In this document: piece by piece, positions 51,520-64,000 of the stretch | How positions within the stretch are numbered: the first letter of the stretch is position 1 | How the letters are laid out: each line of letters opens with the position of its first letter | Assembly: GCF_036321535.1 (NCBI RefSeq) | Contig: NC_087436.1 | Coordinates: 96,660,001 to 96,724,000, forward strand | Source of the DNA: Camelus dromedarius | Lineage: Eukaryota | Length of the DNA stretch: 64,000 nucleotides | Reading direction: 5' to 3' | Position numbers and translations under genes: made by a program | Notes under the pieces: model-generated | Database searches by the model: none | What the model saw: only the letters and a program-made list of their open reading frames with translations | What the model was told of the DNA's origin: nothing

Positions 51520-51717
51520 GGAGGTATGGGTGGCTCTAATCCAATGACTGATGAGCAGAGAGCTTTGAGACATGAGACACAGGGGAGAAGGCCGTGTGAA
51601 GATGAAGGTAGAGAGTATAATTATGCCATCACAAGGCACAGAAGCCTGGAGCCCCAGAAGCTGGAAGAAGCAGGCAAGGATCCTCCCCTAGAGCCTTCGA
51701 AGAGAAAATTAGCCCCT
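51520..51717 (+). mobile_element. MLT1B/C LTR fragment
   Basis: 'agaaggccgtgtgaagatg...ccagaagctggaagaagcaggcaaggatcctcccctagagcc'. Confidence 0.75.
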
Positions 51718-51936
51718 GTTCTCTTCTGGTCTCTTCTACTTTTCCACATCATTCATTTATTATTCTAGGATGCTGAAAAACTTACTTCCTTTTCCCTTCA
51801 ATCATCCCCAACTCCAAGTCTTTACTCAAATATTCTTTCTGCAAGGAATGTCATGCATTCTGCTACATGAAAAGCTTTGACTGTCCAAATAGAATCCATC
51901 CTTCATGATTCAACCCATATGTTGTCTCTGTACTGG

Positions 51937-52389
51937 TGTTATATTACTTTCCTAGCTATATAACAAATTACTACAAGGGTTGGAAGCTTAAAATAACAGG
52001 AATTGATTCCCTCAGAATTTTGAAGGCCAAAATCCAAAATCAAGGCATTGACAGGACCACACTTTCTCTGAAATCTCAGAAGAGAATCCTTGCTTGCTTA
52101 TTCCAGCATGTGGGAACTCCAGGCTTCCTTGGTTTGTGGCAACATAATTCTGATCTCTGCCTTCGTCTTCACATCACCTTCTTCCCTGTGGCTCTTGGTC
52201 TCAAATTTCTCTTTCTTTTCTCTTACAGTCATTGGATTAGGGCCTACCCTTATTCCAAAATTATCTCATCCAGATATCCTTTACTTAATTGTATCTAAAA
52301 ATACAAAATTTCCAAATAAGGTCACATTCACAGAGAGTGGGATTAGGACTTTGACATATCTTTTGCAGGACACATTTTAATCCACAATA
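51937..52389 (-). mobile_element. MLT1B/C solo LTR
   Basis: 'ataacaaattactacaag...tctgccttcgtcttcacat...cattggattagggcc...tttccaaataaggtcacattcacag'. Confidence 0.85.
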
Positions 52390-52399
52390 GGTGTTTTAT

Positions 52400-52626
52400 T
52401 TTTCCGTAAGCCAAAAAGTTTTTTCTACTCCTGAATTCTCCTGTGACTTTATCTTTATGTCGCTTACTGATGATTGTGTTCTGTGCTGTATTGAAGTTAT
52501 TTGCATACCAGTGTGATCTTGCATATAGACTATACATTCCTTAAGGATTGTATTTGGTTCATCTATATCCAGTAGAAATCTTAAACTAAACCTTATATGA
52601 AAGGTTTGACAAATATTGAATGAATG
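52400..52626 (+). mobile_element. L2 3' end
   Basis: Ends 'caaatattgaatgaatg'. Confidence 0.5.
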
Positions 52627-54164
52627 CTTGTGACCAAGCACATTGAATTATCATTTGTATTTATTCCTTTAGTCCTACGGGAGCTACAGTTCCAAATCTT
52701 TTTTGTTTATAAAATATACAATCCAATGCCCAGGATAATGCAAAGTAAATATATTGTAGATGAATCAACTGTGTCATTGAGTGGTGTTTGCAATCAAGCT
52801 GTATTTGCAACCAAGCTGTATTTGCATCAAGGAAGAAAATTCTAACTTAAAGAATTTCCCCGTGTTTATTTTTCATTATATCAAAATAAACTTCTCTAAT
52901 AAATAAAAGTCCGTTAAAAATCCATAGTAGCAAAGATCTAAATTTCATGTAAATTTTTATAGGTCACATGTCAAAGGCTTGTAGAAAGGTTCATTTCTGT
53001 AAAAGACAATTGTCATCAAAAGTGACAAACATGTCCTATAACTTTTGTGGAGGTGGAATTCAGTACACTGCAACTTTGAGCTGGAATTTAGTTTGACATG
53101 AACAAGAGGTCGGAGTAACCAAGTACTCAGGCAAGAAATATGTTCTCATCCCTAATGACTTAACATGCTGTACAATTTCCATAACCTTTTAAAAAACCTC
53201 GCCTCTTAGGATTTGCTGATAAGTAATCAAATGTAATTTTCTCTCTTCTCAATGTGTTCAGAGTTTATTGGTTGATATTGCTTAGTTGAATTCAATAACT
53301 GCCATTTATCATTTTGCAAATGTGCTATTTATTCACTTATTGTAGGATTTACATTTATTTCAGATCAGATAGATTGGAATTTCAAATCTCTAAAGCTTCA
53401 GTTTCATCTAGCTGCAATTATGTAAAAAACGAGTCAACTTCCAAGTCAAACTATATTTATACTTTTACTACATCTAGTAGGGGTTGGCTTTTTGGAACAG
53501 CTTCTGGCAAATGTTCTTGTCACTGGATATAAAGATTGTAAGAGAAAGACATTCTGCACTTGTGTTTTATGGTTAGAAAGCTTCCTGACCCTTGGTTGGA
53601 ATTTTAGTAAAGAAAGACAACATTACAAGCTTCTATAAGTTATAGCTAGACCAAAGTGCAGTTGTGACAGTATATATCAACTTGGAAAAGGACAAATTAA
53701 TGGTGAAGGAAAATATGTAATTAGTCAGTGTGTACATGGAAGTAGAAATTTACCACTTGGGAGATTGTCATGCAAATGTCAATGCTGACAAAATACCTCT
53801 GGCACATTTGCACAAACTTCTCTTGGGGACATTGTGCATTTAAAGGAATAAAGAAAAAGCTGCTGATAATCCCCTCCACGTGAGACCTGGCATCCTATGC
53901 TCATGTCTTTCTCTGCAAAAAGAAAAGTCAGGGGGTGCTTACCCATGATGGAGGATTCTGGAATCAGTGAAGGACCATGATTTGCATCACATGTCCTCCT
54001 GCAGCTCACATGACAGCTGTTTGTCAGTTTACTTTCTATATGCCTCAACCTCACAAGCAATTGTCAGTTCTTTAGAATTTAGAAACATATTTTTAATGCT
54101 TTTTGTGTTTCCTGTACTGTTGAAGATAGGAGGCAGTGTGACTTAATAGATACTAGGAGTAATC

Positions 54165-54450
54165 TCATCATTCAGCAAATTATTTTTGGAAGCCTTAGAG
54201 GGGCCATGTTCTAGAGAAGCAATGGCAAGTATGGCTGTAGGATGGTAGGAAACTGAAGGAGTTTCCTTGCCCTCCATTAAACTTATCTGAGATGATAGTA
54301 ATTTAAGCAACAATAATAAAGCTAGTTAAACAGTCTGATAGGGAAGTAGAGTGTCCTGGGAAAGCTTATGGCATAGGCACATAACATAGTTGGAAAGGGA
54401 ATGGTGGGCCAAAAATCTCCCCAGATGAAACACCTATTAATCTTTGAGTC
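54165..54450 (-). mobile_element. L2 3' fragment
   Basis: 'tcattcagcaaattattt...ccttgccctcc...'. Confidence 0.5.
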
Positions 54451-54814
54451 ATACAGGGAGAGGAAGAAAAGAGATTAAAGTCATATGTGCAAAGACCCAG
54501 ATACAAGTGAGACTATCTGTCTTCAAATACATGGGGGAAATGTCCATTCCATTAAAAGGTAGCCAAATTAATTCCATTTTACTGTGGACAGATCCATAAG
54601 AGAAGGTCAACAGTCTAGTAAATGGCTTCACTAAATCAACACTCACTTTTTTACTTCAAAAGTAACCTTGCATAAATGCAATTATAACTTTTCTTTGTCA
54701 GATAATTTATTTCAGCCACAATGCTCTTTGCCTCTATTGGCAGGTGAATCATAGTATCCTGTCCCAGTTGCTTCACTACTTCTTCTTTTCAATGTCTGTG
54801 AGTTAAGACACATG

Positions 54815-55378
54815 TATATGAGGAAGGGTCTAGACAGGAATAAAGAAACCACTCTGGGGATTTCAGTCATGAAGAATTGAATAGAAGGAATTGGTTGCAA
54901 AGATGTTTGAAGGGCTGAACTTGTAAAGGAGAAAAGGAAGATGGCTGCAGAAGGAAAAATGGTGACAATGTGAAATCCAAAGCTGATTCTAACTGTGGAC
55001 TGGAGTCCAGGAGCCTGAAGCTGCCCTGTTGGACACACTATCATAGACAGTTCTGCATCTGCTGAGCAGGTGCTTCTTCTATCAGGGCTCTACTTTCTGA
55101 AAAGGTGCTACCTCTGTCCAGGTTGCTGAATCTAAAATCATTCACCTTTGCTGCAGACATCACAACTCCCATCAAGTGCCATCAATACTATTGACCAGAA
55201 GCAGAAAGCTTTACTTTCAATCTTTTCATCACTCACAAGTGTTCCTATTGTCAGAACATAGATCTAATAAAAAATCAATTAGCAACAGATCACAGGAAAT
55301 GTGATTCCCACCCCAGCCGGACAGAGCAGAATATAGAAGAGTGTACGTAGGGGCTAAGAGACAACTAAATAGCCTCCC
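54815..55378 (-). mobile_element. Ancient LTR (LTR78/MamGyp-like)
   Basis: 'caggaataaagaaaccactctggggatttca...gaattggttgca...acagagcagaatatagaag'. Confidence 0.55.
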
Positions 55379-55639
55379 CAACTTACCTTCAGGCTTGCAG
55401 CTAGACTCAATATGAAATTAACTAAAAGCCAAGATGGAAATATTGACCTATGAATTTTTTATGAGGATTTAGTTGGCTAAAAGTTATACTAGACTCTCTC
55501 TAAGGTTTAATTTCAATGAAACAATGAACAAATATGTCTTTTAATAAATAAAGTATGGGGAAAGATCATAAGGTATTATGTTGGTATATCTGAATGATGT
55601 TCAAAGCAGAGAAGGAGAGACTTAAACAAAGTCACAGTG

Positions 55640-56445
55640 AGCCTGTGCTTCGAAGTTTCCTTTCCACATCCTTTCCCCTCCCCAGTGTAGACTCCTGGTG
55701 GGGCAGGGGGTAGAGGGACAGTATCTGTGTCCTGGAACCTCCATCTTGACAGGTGCTGAGGTTGCAACCTTCTTAACGATTCCCCTCTCCTTGTGGTAAG
55801 GGATCTCTGATGGTCTAGACCTAGTACATTTTTCTGTCCTTAGATGGTTGTTGTCTCCTGTCTTCCCCCAGATCTACTGGTTCTTCACTCATGTCCTGAG
55901 GGCAGCAGAGTTTGCTGCTTTTCCCACAAAGGCTTAAAGGGGAGAAGGAAGAAGATGGGTTTTCATGCTTTTTTTTTTTTTTTTTTTTTACAACAGCTGC
56001 TGCCACCCTCCCCTGAAAGCACCAGGAAGGAGGCTCTCTCGGATTGCTCTCCCTGCCCAGATCTTTTTTGTAAGCGCTCATCGAGGTCCATAGAGAAGCT
56101 CCTGTTAGTTGCTAATTTCCCTGTATCTATAGTTTGTAGTCATTCTACACTCTCTTGCTAGCCAATACTTGACCTCTAGAAATTTATTTTAAAAATTTAA
56201 CCGAATTTTTCTTACCTACTTACATATCACCCATTGTCTGTCCCAGTGAGCAAGTAATCACATTCCTCTCTCCTTGAAAGCATCTGTCTCTACCTAGATT
56301 TTCAGTTAGTTGATATCCTGCAATCTCAGCACTTTGGTGGGTTCAAGAAAAGCTGTGAATTTGCAGGTTATCTAGTTTTTTCTTGTTAAGTTTGGAGTAA
56401 TGCCCTTTCACACTATCTACATTCTAAACAGAGGCTGGAAACTCA
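55640..56445 (-). mobile_element. Old L1 5' UTR fragment
   Basis: 'ctgcaatctcagcactttggtgggttcaagaaaagctgtgaattt...ctggaaact' resembles the antisense 5' end of old L1M elements. Confidence 0.55.
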
Positions 56446-57567
56446 CTATATTCTTGATTCACTCATTTCTGCGCTGAAGGTATTCTGCAGCTTCCTTTCT
56501 TTATTTTATCAATTTTTTTTCACAGATAGTCTTCTTATTTCAGTGGTCCACACATTCTCTTTCAATTTAGTTTTACTGGTGTTTTCCCCTCTTGCAATAC
56601 AATAGATGGCCCCCTCTGATTAATACTGTTGATTCAGCTTAAAGTCTTTCGTGAACAAATTCTTAAAGAGATTTTTTTCTTGTGGTAATTTGTTATAACG
56701 AGGAAATACTTATTTTAAATACAGCAAATAAGGAAACATTCACCCTGCTTATTTTTGTTCCAATTATAGTAAAAAAAAATACTAAAAATGGTGATTAAGA
56801 AGCTAACTTTTCCTGAGTTTTGAGTTTTGGTATGATGGTTATTTATGACTTGATGTCTAAAAACCTTTTTAAGTAGATGTCATTTCTTTGTGATGGCATG
56901 CTTTTGAATATCTTTTTAATTCTAAAGTTTCCTTTTATTTTCTTATACAGAAAGAAAACATGATAAATCCAAGCAATGTACATGTTCAACACTTTCTTAA
57001 AATTGAAACATCATGAGTTCAGTTTCATAACTATCCTTAGTAACTTGTTCTGTGATCTTTTCTTTATTTCATTTATATAATTATATGTGTAATTACATAT
57101 ATATGTATATAATACAGGCATTATTATTATGTCTTATGTTATACTTAAAAGCATATCTGTAATCTTATAATCTTAAAAATATATGCATTCTTTGCCTGCC
57201 CTTCTTTAAAACTGTACATACCTTTAAGCTACATCTTCATATACTAGTACAATATACTTAATACATCTTCATCTTTTAGGTGCTTTATGCTTACTTATTA
57301 TATACTTTATTTTTAAGTATTATATACTATAGACTCTTCATGACATTCTGACTGGCCTAAAATATTACCATTCCGATTTCATAAGATACATTATCCTCCA
57401 CTCTAAAAGTATTCAGTTTTGCTAAAAGCCGAGTTCCCAGTTCCTTAGGTGACCTACACAAAAGCTTAGATCCCAAAGGGGAGGAGAGTTGGCAGTATTG
57501 GGGGTTATGTATTTTCCCTGCCTTCAGAGTATCTGAGGACCAGATATGATTTATCTTTGTAGTGACA

Positions 57568-57790
57568 GGAGGTTGTATAGCAGAGTAAAGCCCACAGACT
57601 TAGGAGTCAGGCAGACATAAATTTGAATTCTGGCCCTACCACTTGCTAGTGCTATCTATATGACTTCAGACATTTCAACTAACGTTTTAAGCTTTAGTTT
57701 CCTTACTTGTATAAAGCATCTAATAATAGTAACTAACTGCTGAGAATTCTCATAATGATTAAATGAAATACATGTATATCTTAAAATTTG
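57568..57790 (+). mobile_element. MIR SINE
   Basis: 'ggagtcaggcagac...tttgaattctggccctaccacttgctag...gattaaatgaaata'. Confidence 0.75.
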
Positions 57791-57796
57791 ATTTAA

Positions 57797-57832
57797 TACA
57801 CACACACATGCGCACACACACACACACACACA
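57797..57832. repeat. (CA)n microsatellite
   Basis: Directly visible. Confidence 0.85.
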
Positions 57833-57939
57833 GAGATCTTAGCCAAGACTCTATACGTAGCATGATCCATTGCATAGGAAGTGTAAGTGTGACGGGCATG
57901 GTTTGGAGGCAAGAGGAAATCATGAAGGGAAATGAAGTA

Positions 57940-58195
57940 TCATTCACTGAGGACCTACTTACTATCAGACAGGCACAATGCTAAGACTTCGTGTGCATGA
58001 CTTTTTCTTATCCTCGCAATAAGACTAGAAGGCAGGTATTATTTTCAATTTGTAGATTGTTGAATGAAGGGAAGGATGGATTAATGAGAACTTGAGGCAT
58101 ATCATGTTCACAGCTCTTTCTCAAGTTTAGACAGTCCCAATGACATACCAGGATTCAAACTAAAGATTTGAAATATATGTGGTTTCCTCTACAAT
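57940..58195 (-). mobile_element. MIR SINE
   Basis: 'cattcactgaggacctact...aggcacaatgctaag...ccaggattcaaac'. Confidence 0.6.
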
Positions 58196-58210
58196 ATTCT
58201 CCACCTTTTC

Positions 58211-58715
58211 TGCATCAGTTCCAGCCAGGAAAAAGCAAACCTATATGTCTTTAAAACAGATGGGGAATTTAATATAGGGCAATGAATACAGGTTATAGAA
58301 AAGCTGGAGAGCCAAGCAGAGACATTGAGGCAATATAGAGACAAGCAGGAAGACGCTACTATTTCTGGAGTTGAGAGATAAGCAAAGAGGTAGTGTTACT
58401 AAATTCTGGGGCCTGGAGTCAGCTGAGGACCTGGTGAGAGCTGGAATTATGATGGAGCTGTCCAGGAGGAGTTGGAGCCAGGGAAGCATCCCACTGTAAG
58501 CAAAAAGAGAACAGGGGAGACATACCCTGGCTTCTCCTTTCCTCCCACTAACTCTCCAGTCTTCTGCTGTTTCTTCTTGTTGTCTAAAACTAGTCAAGCC
58601 ACCTAATAGAAAAATAAGGAAGACACAGCCTACAGGGATCAATAGCACTGTGATACAGAGCAGAGCACAAGCATGTGAAATGGACCTAAAAACACGCTGC
58701 CAAGGACAGGTGCCC
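58211..58715 (-). mobile_element. Ancient LTR (LTR78/MamGyp-like)
   Basis: 'ccagccaggaaaaagcaaacc...aacagatggggaatttaatataggg...gtgatacagagcagagc'. Confidence 0.6.
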
Positions 58716-60087
58716 TGAATGCCTCCATACTCCCTTACAAAGTGTCCCCACTTTCTTTAGCCTGTTTTGTGAGTGCCTGTGTCAAACACTCTTTTTTTTT
58801 TTTTTTTTTTTTTTACACTTGGTCAATCTTCAGTTACATATCTTTACACAGCTGTTAATTTGCTCTGTTTTTTTATGTCATTTATGTAAGTCTCTTGAGG
58901 ACTGGTATTGTATTAGTCCAGCCTGACAGATACCCAACCTCTCCTCTGTTGAGAGAGATGCCTATAGACACTGAATGATAATGAAGGTGGGTTTTTAATT
59001 CTGGCAGAGGAATACATCTTTCATTTACCATCTGCTTCTTGAAATGAGTTGCAAATTGTTTACATTGACTCCATGTTTAGCTCTACCAGATTAGCAGCCA
59101 TGAAGTTTTTTGTCCCTAAAATGCCTGAATAGGACTGATTTGATTTCTTTGCTAGCAAAGTTTGTGTTGATTTTTGTATTTATGAACTCACAACTTTTAT
59201 TTATCCTGATTGTCTTTCGACATTTTGTTATTTGTTTGATGTATATTTGACTAGTTCTCTTGGCTAGAACATAAGCCCCATAAGGACAGAAACTTATGCA
59301 TTTTGCAAAGCCACCTGTTTCAGAGTAAGTGCTCAGTTAATGTTTGTGATTCAGTAAATGCATGGTCTGCCTAAGGAATGCTTCATCTATTGTTGTATTT
59401 TTAGGATGAGAAATTGTCTTCTTTTATGTTTTGAAATGCCTCACAGTATCTTGACAGTTAACTTTATTAGACTTGTTGCCTTCTTAGATGTCACAAAACC
59501 TTTGTTACTATAGCAACCATTTCCCCTATTATGCTTGTGTGGATCTTAGAAAAATATTGGGTAAAATGTCTTTGTTTGCATTTTCTCTAGCATCAATTTA
59601 ATATTTTTAACCGATTTCAGGATTTTTATCTGGTTGTTAAGTTTATATAGCACAGTATTTAAGAGGAATCTAAGGCTGCTTTTCCAAGTTCAAATAATTT
59701 AAACCATCACTTATTAAAAAGATCTCATGAGATTGTGATTAGTTTACATAGCCCCAAACTGATTTTCATAAGAATGTTCAAATATATTTGAGCATTCATT
59801 GCTTAAAAATTATGTCTGCCCTACCAAGTCCTACTGGTGTTTATGATGGCTATGTAGTAGTTGTGCCACCTGAGATGAGTTAGTTATCCTTTTAAAGTCT
59901 CATTATGAATATCACATAAAGAAATTTGTTTGTCTCTTTAAGTGGTTAAAGTCTGTGATTTTTAGTAGCAAAAACATCTACAGTATGTTGAGATAGAGGA
60001 AGAACTAGAATGCTCTTCCCACTGATGCAGGGCAGATGTTTACTCAACATTCCTGATTTCAAGTTTGGACAAGACCCACAAACTAAT

Positions 60088-60348
60088 GCAACATAGTAAG
60101 AAATAGAACTCAGATTCTGGAGATAGACTGCCTGGGTTTGACTCTCAGTTCTACTACTTATTAGCTTGGAATCTTAGGCAAGATACTTAATCTCACAATA
60201 ACTCAATTTTCTCTTCTATAAAATGAAATGATAATAGCACCTATTTCAAAGGGTTGTTATGGGGATTAAATAAGTTAATAACATCTGAAAAAGTGTTTGG
60301 AACAATTCTTGGTACTTGGTAAGAGCATTTAAATGTTAGCTGTTATTT
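60088..60348 (+). mobile_element. MIR SINE, near full length
   Basis: 'agactgcctgggtttgactctcag...ggcaagatacttaatctc...gggttgttatggggattaaat...aaatgttagctgttatt'. Confidence 0.88.
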
Positions 60349-60384
60349 ACACAATTGTAAAGGTAATTGCATCTTTGAGGTTTA

Positions 60385-60935
60385 GAGCACCTCAGTGATT
60401 TCCTAACATCCATCCAAAGTCTTTACCATGGCCTGTGTGGTCCTGCATCACCTGTCCTTGCCTACCTCTCAACTCATCTCATGCTTTTCTACCTTAGCTT
60501 GTGCTAACCAGTAACTCTGGCCATCTTCAAGTTCTCAGACCTGTCAAGTTGTCTCCCATCTCAAAGTCCCTGTGTCTGTCAATTTACCCACTGGGAAGGT
60601 TCCTCACGTAAACAGTTTCTTCTCATCCCTTGGTCTCAGTTGAAAAATGCCTTCTCCCCAGAAAAGTTTTCCTTCATATGCTATGTAATGATTACCCCAA
60701 CCCTGCCATGTTTTGTTTTCTATCACAGAAGTCAGGTTTTCTTCTTCTAAGTCCATACGGTAATCTGTCAGTTTTTTTTTTAATTGTGTTTTCCTCAGTA
60801 GAACAAATTCCTCAAGGTCAGGAAAACTCTATGTATTGTACATTATTTTATTTCCAGTGTCTGGCACAGTGCCTGGCATAAAAGATGCACTCAATAACTG
60901 TTCAACACACAAATTAGATTAATAAATGAGTGAAT
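60385..60935 (+). mobile_element. L2 3' end
   Basis: 'atccaaagtctttaccatggcctg...ccagtgtctggcacagtgcctggcataaaagatgcactcaataa'. Confidence 0.8.
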
Positions 60936-62986
60936 ATAATGGGTTGAATGTTGTCTGTTTTAGGCTTAGAAGAGATAAAACCTTAGAAATAGTGACAAAT
61001 AATGATTACAGCAAGAGCAATGTGAGTAGGCTCTTTAGATTACTATTAAATTTGTAGATAAACATTGGACCTTTCTGAGTTTATATTAATTACTTTAGCA
61101 CTGTTTGAGGTCGTGTAAAGACTTCAAAAAATAGGAAAGCCCATAAAGACTTTGGGATCTAGAACAAAAGTGTATAGTTATGATCTGAGCTGTGAAGTAT
61201 AGACTTCCTAAGGAAAATGAAGATTCCTGAGTTAAGAAAGTAACTAAAGAGACTTAATCAAGGATCATGAATGCATCTTCCATTATAGTGGGAGATAGTC
61301 TGCCTGTAAGTTCCTTTTCTAGACTGAAAACTTCATAAGGGCAGGGAACAAGCCAGCCTCAGCCCTTTCTCCCCAGAAGATAAGTCTCAGGCACATTTGT
61401 ACTCAGTCTGTGGTTTTAGAATGAAGGGGAAAACATGGTTTACATCTACTGTCTTTATCTTTGAGAAAAGGATCCAAATTCTGAGTTTACTAAGTAGGAG
61501 CAAAATATGTAGTTACTTAAAGATATGTGGTTAAAGAGGTTCTTACTGGAAATAGTTGCCGTGACAAAATGCGTTATTTCACTTATGTTGTAAAATTCTA
61601 TGAAATGGATATTCTTACTATTACAAATGAGACCCTAGGGCTTAGGTACCCACTAAGCTATTAAATGGAAGAGCTGCTGCTGAAATGCAGGCTGACCTCA
61701 TTCTAGATCCTCTGGTCTCAAGCCCTCACTGTTAACAGCCTATCTCCTCTCATTTGTTGTAACGTAGAGGACACAGACTTTGTGTGGAACACAGAGCCAT
61801 AGTGCAGACTTTATACAGATAATGGTGACTGACTACTAGCTGGAGTTTGGAATTGTCAAGATATTTATTAGGGGAATGGTACAAGTGTCATAGATAATTA
61901 CAGCTAAAGAGTACACGATTCAGTTAAAACAAGACATTTTCAGTTTTAGCCTTTTACATACCAATTGGTTCCCGAATCAAAGTGAATAAAAGCATAATTG
62001 AAAACTATTTCCTGAGTGGGAGCAAAATAAATAGGTAATTACAGAGTCGATGATATATGTGTTAAGGTTGAAGGGGTGTTTCTTTGTTTTGAAATCCTAG
62101 TTTTTCTCACTCCAGTGGTCTCTGAAATATAGGTTTCTGTTTCATTTGAAATCAGCCAATGTTGCCTTTTCTCCTGAGTCCCAAAAGAAGAATAAAATTG
62201 TTTACTTAAATAAAATGAAACACATACGAATTTTACCACTACATACCAGATTTTAATAATTGGAATTTATCCTTAAGGTTTTTTTTTAAGAAATATAAAC
62301 TTTAATGATTAAAATAACTGATATTTCTCTTAAAAAATTAGAGGAATGACAATACATATATCAACCAAGGAATATTTAGAGAAGTAACTCTTACACAAGC
62401 CGCGTGAAGGATTCAAATTCACGGTCTTTCAATAACCCTAATTAAGGCATTCCTGTGCTACAAATACTTTGTTTTTTTTCCATGTGTCACTTAGAATTAC
62501 CACAATGCCCTCCCTTAAGCTACTGTCATTTAAGCATATCTTTTGAAAGACAGATACAGACTGAAATGCTAATAAAATTCCTCTAATATGAAGCCTTCCT
62601 CTGTAACTAACGAGAAACTACAGGACAAAGTAAAACAATCAGGTTGGATTTCCAATCCTTCCAAATCTGGCTACAGCCTTTCCTTCTATATATATGTCCC
62701 ATTATTCCCTTTTACAATGTTCTAGTCCAAATAAAATTGTCTATTCCATCTGTCTACTTTTGTGAAGAATGTCATAGTAACTGGTAAAGCTCTTGTCTCT
62801 TTTATCTCTTTTTTCTCTATTTTATCAATTTATTGTCTCTTTATCAATTCTTATCTACCTCATCTACCTCATCACCAGTCATGTGATGCTTAGGATGATT
62901 AGTTAAGAGTAGGGACTCTCCATTGATATTCTTAAACAGGCTTTCCCAGTTGTTAGGGTGTAGCTTTAGGCATATTGTTTAACCTT

Positions 62987-63312
62987 GTGGTAGACTATAA
63001 ATCTCTCTACCTGTAACAGTGTGACTTTGTCCTGTTTTTCCTGTAGGTGGAGTGTATTTCTCTGCCCATGTCAAAACTGACCATGAGATTTGCTCTTCCA
63101 GTAGCATAAACGTTCAAGCAGAATCTTTAAAAGCAATTGAGTGGTTCACGTTCCTCTCTCTCTCTCTTTTTTGTCTCTCTGAGCTTCAGCCTTTTATTAG
63201 GAGAAAACACATGGAGTAGAGCTGTAGCAGCATTTGTAAAAAAATGCCTTGTTGTTTATTATTGAAAACTACCAGTTCAGGGGTTGTTACCATAGCAAAG
63301 CTAACCAATTCA
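62987..63312 (+). mobile_element. MLT1I/J-like LTR inserted in a MIR (about 62890-63455)
   Basis: Starts 'tgtggtagact', contains 'ggtggagtgtatttctctgccc', ends 'ggggttgttaccatagcaaagctaac'. Confidence 0.65.
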
Positions 63313-63589
63313 AATTTTATTTGAAAAATGTCAAGACAACAACAGTACCTACCTCTTAAGTTTGTGAAGATTAAATGAGAGATTTCACATATTGTATTCA
63401 GGTTATTGCTTGGCATACAGCAGCCTCCTAAATAAAGATGACAATCGAAGTTAATATCATTATCAGAGTAAAACTCTTTTCTCCACAATTAGATACTAAG
63501 TATTTTGAGAATAAAAGTGATGACTTCACCTTAATGTAGGTGAGGAAATGGAGGGAAAAAGAGAGCACACATTTTTTGTATCCTTACTT

Positions 63590-63790
63590 TATTCTTGGCC
63601 AGGCTTTCTATATACTTTAAATCATTTCATCCCACAACACTGAGTGGTAAATACTATTATAACCTTTAGAAAATGATAAAATTGAGCCTCAGAAACTTAA
63701 GAAAGTTTCTCTAAGTTATATAGATGACTAAGTAAGTGGTGGACTCAAGATTTGGACCTGGTTCCTAAATTTATGTTTTCCCATCATACA
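63590..63790 (-). mobile_element. MIR SINE
   Basis: 'atcccacaacac...aatgataaaattgagcctcagaaacttaag...aagatttggacc'. Confidence 0.65.
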
Positions 63791-64000
63791 AAGCTGTCCA
63801 TGCAATAGATTATGCATGGTAAATTCTTACAGGATTATTCCTTAAGGTAGTCAAAGGGCTCCACTAACACAACTGCCAGAGCATCTCATAACTCATCTGG
63901 GTTATAATGCTGCAGCTTTTAGCTCAGGTAAGTCCTTATAGGAGGCTTTGTTAGACGAGGGAGGCTGAGGGTAATAAATGAGAACTGAGTTTATATCAAA

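Noticed and set aside
51307..51768. 153-aa ORF
   Set aside because: Runs through low-complexity DNA and an MLT1 fragment; no recognisable protein features.
54815..58715. Two similar ancient LTRs as ends of one provirus
   Set aside because: They share only family-level motifs, and the interval holds an L1 5' fragment and MIRs with no gag/pol remnant I can see.
63833..63933. Possible exon (ttcttacag ... cag|gtaagt)
   Set aside because: Stops in all three frames. A non-coding exon cannot be supported without transcript data.

Overview
AT-rich, CpG-poor mammalian non-coding DNA (gene desert or very large intron). It is most likely from a camelid, because of a Vic-1-type tRNA-derived SINE at 37588-37948 and cetartiodactyl-type L1 3' UTRs. 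I can support no host protein-coding gene, RNA gene, CRISPR array or prokaryotic element. The only recognisable ORFs are decayed L1 ORF2 and Tigger1 transposase fragments. A large part of the window is interspersed repeats: L1, L2, MIR, MLT1/LTR16/ERV1 LTRs, Tigger and hAT elements. I did not find a novel biological system. The best signals are retrotransposition footprints readable from target-site duplications (TSDs): (1) an L1 3' transduction carrying about 310 bp of foreign DNA inside one 17-bp TSD; (2) an apparently young, CpG/GCC-rich solo LTR that I cannot classify; (3) a four-level nest (old L1 > Tigger1 > SINE > young L1); (4) three 5'-inverted L1s; (5) a ~36-bp L1 stub. There is also a perfect 54-bp tandem duplication, several perfect hairpins and a candidate Sox-Oct/TALE enhancer. 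Repeat family names come from my memory of consensus sequences, not from a search. Boundaries are approximate unless a TSD or terminal inverted repeat (TIR) is quoted.
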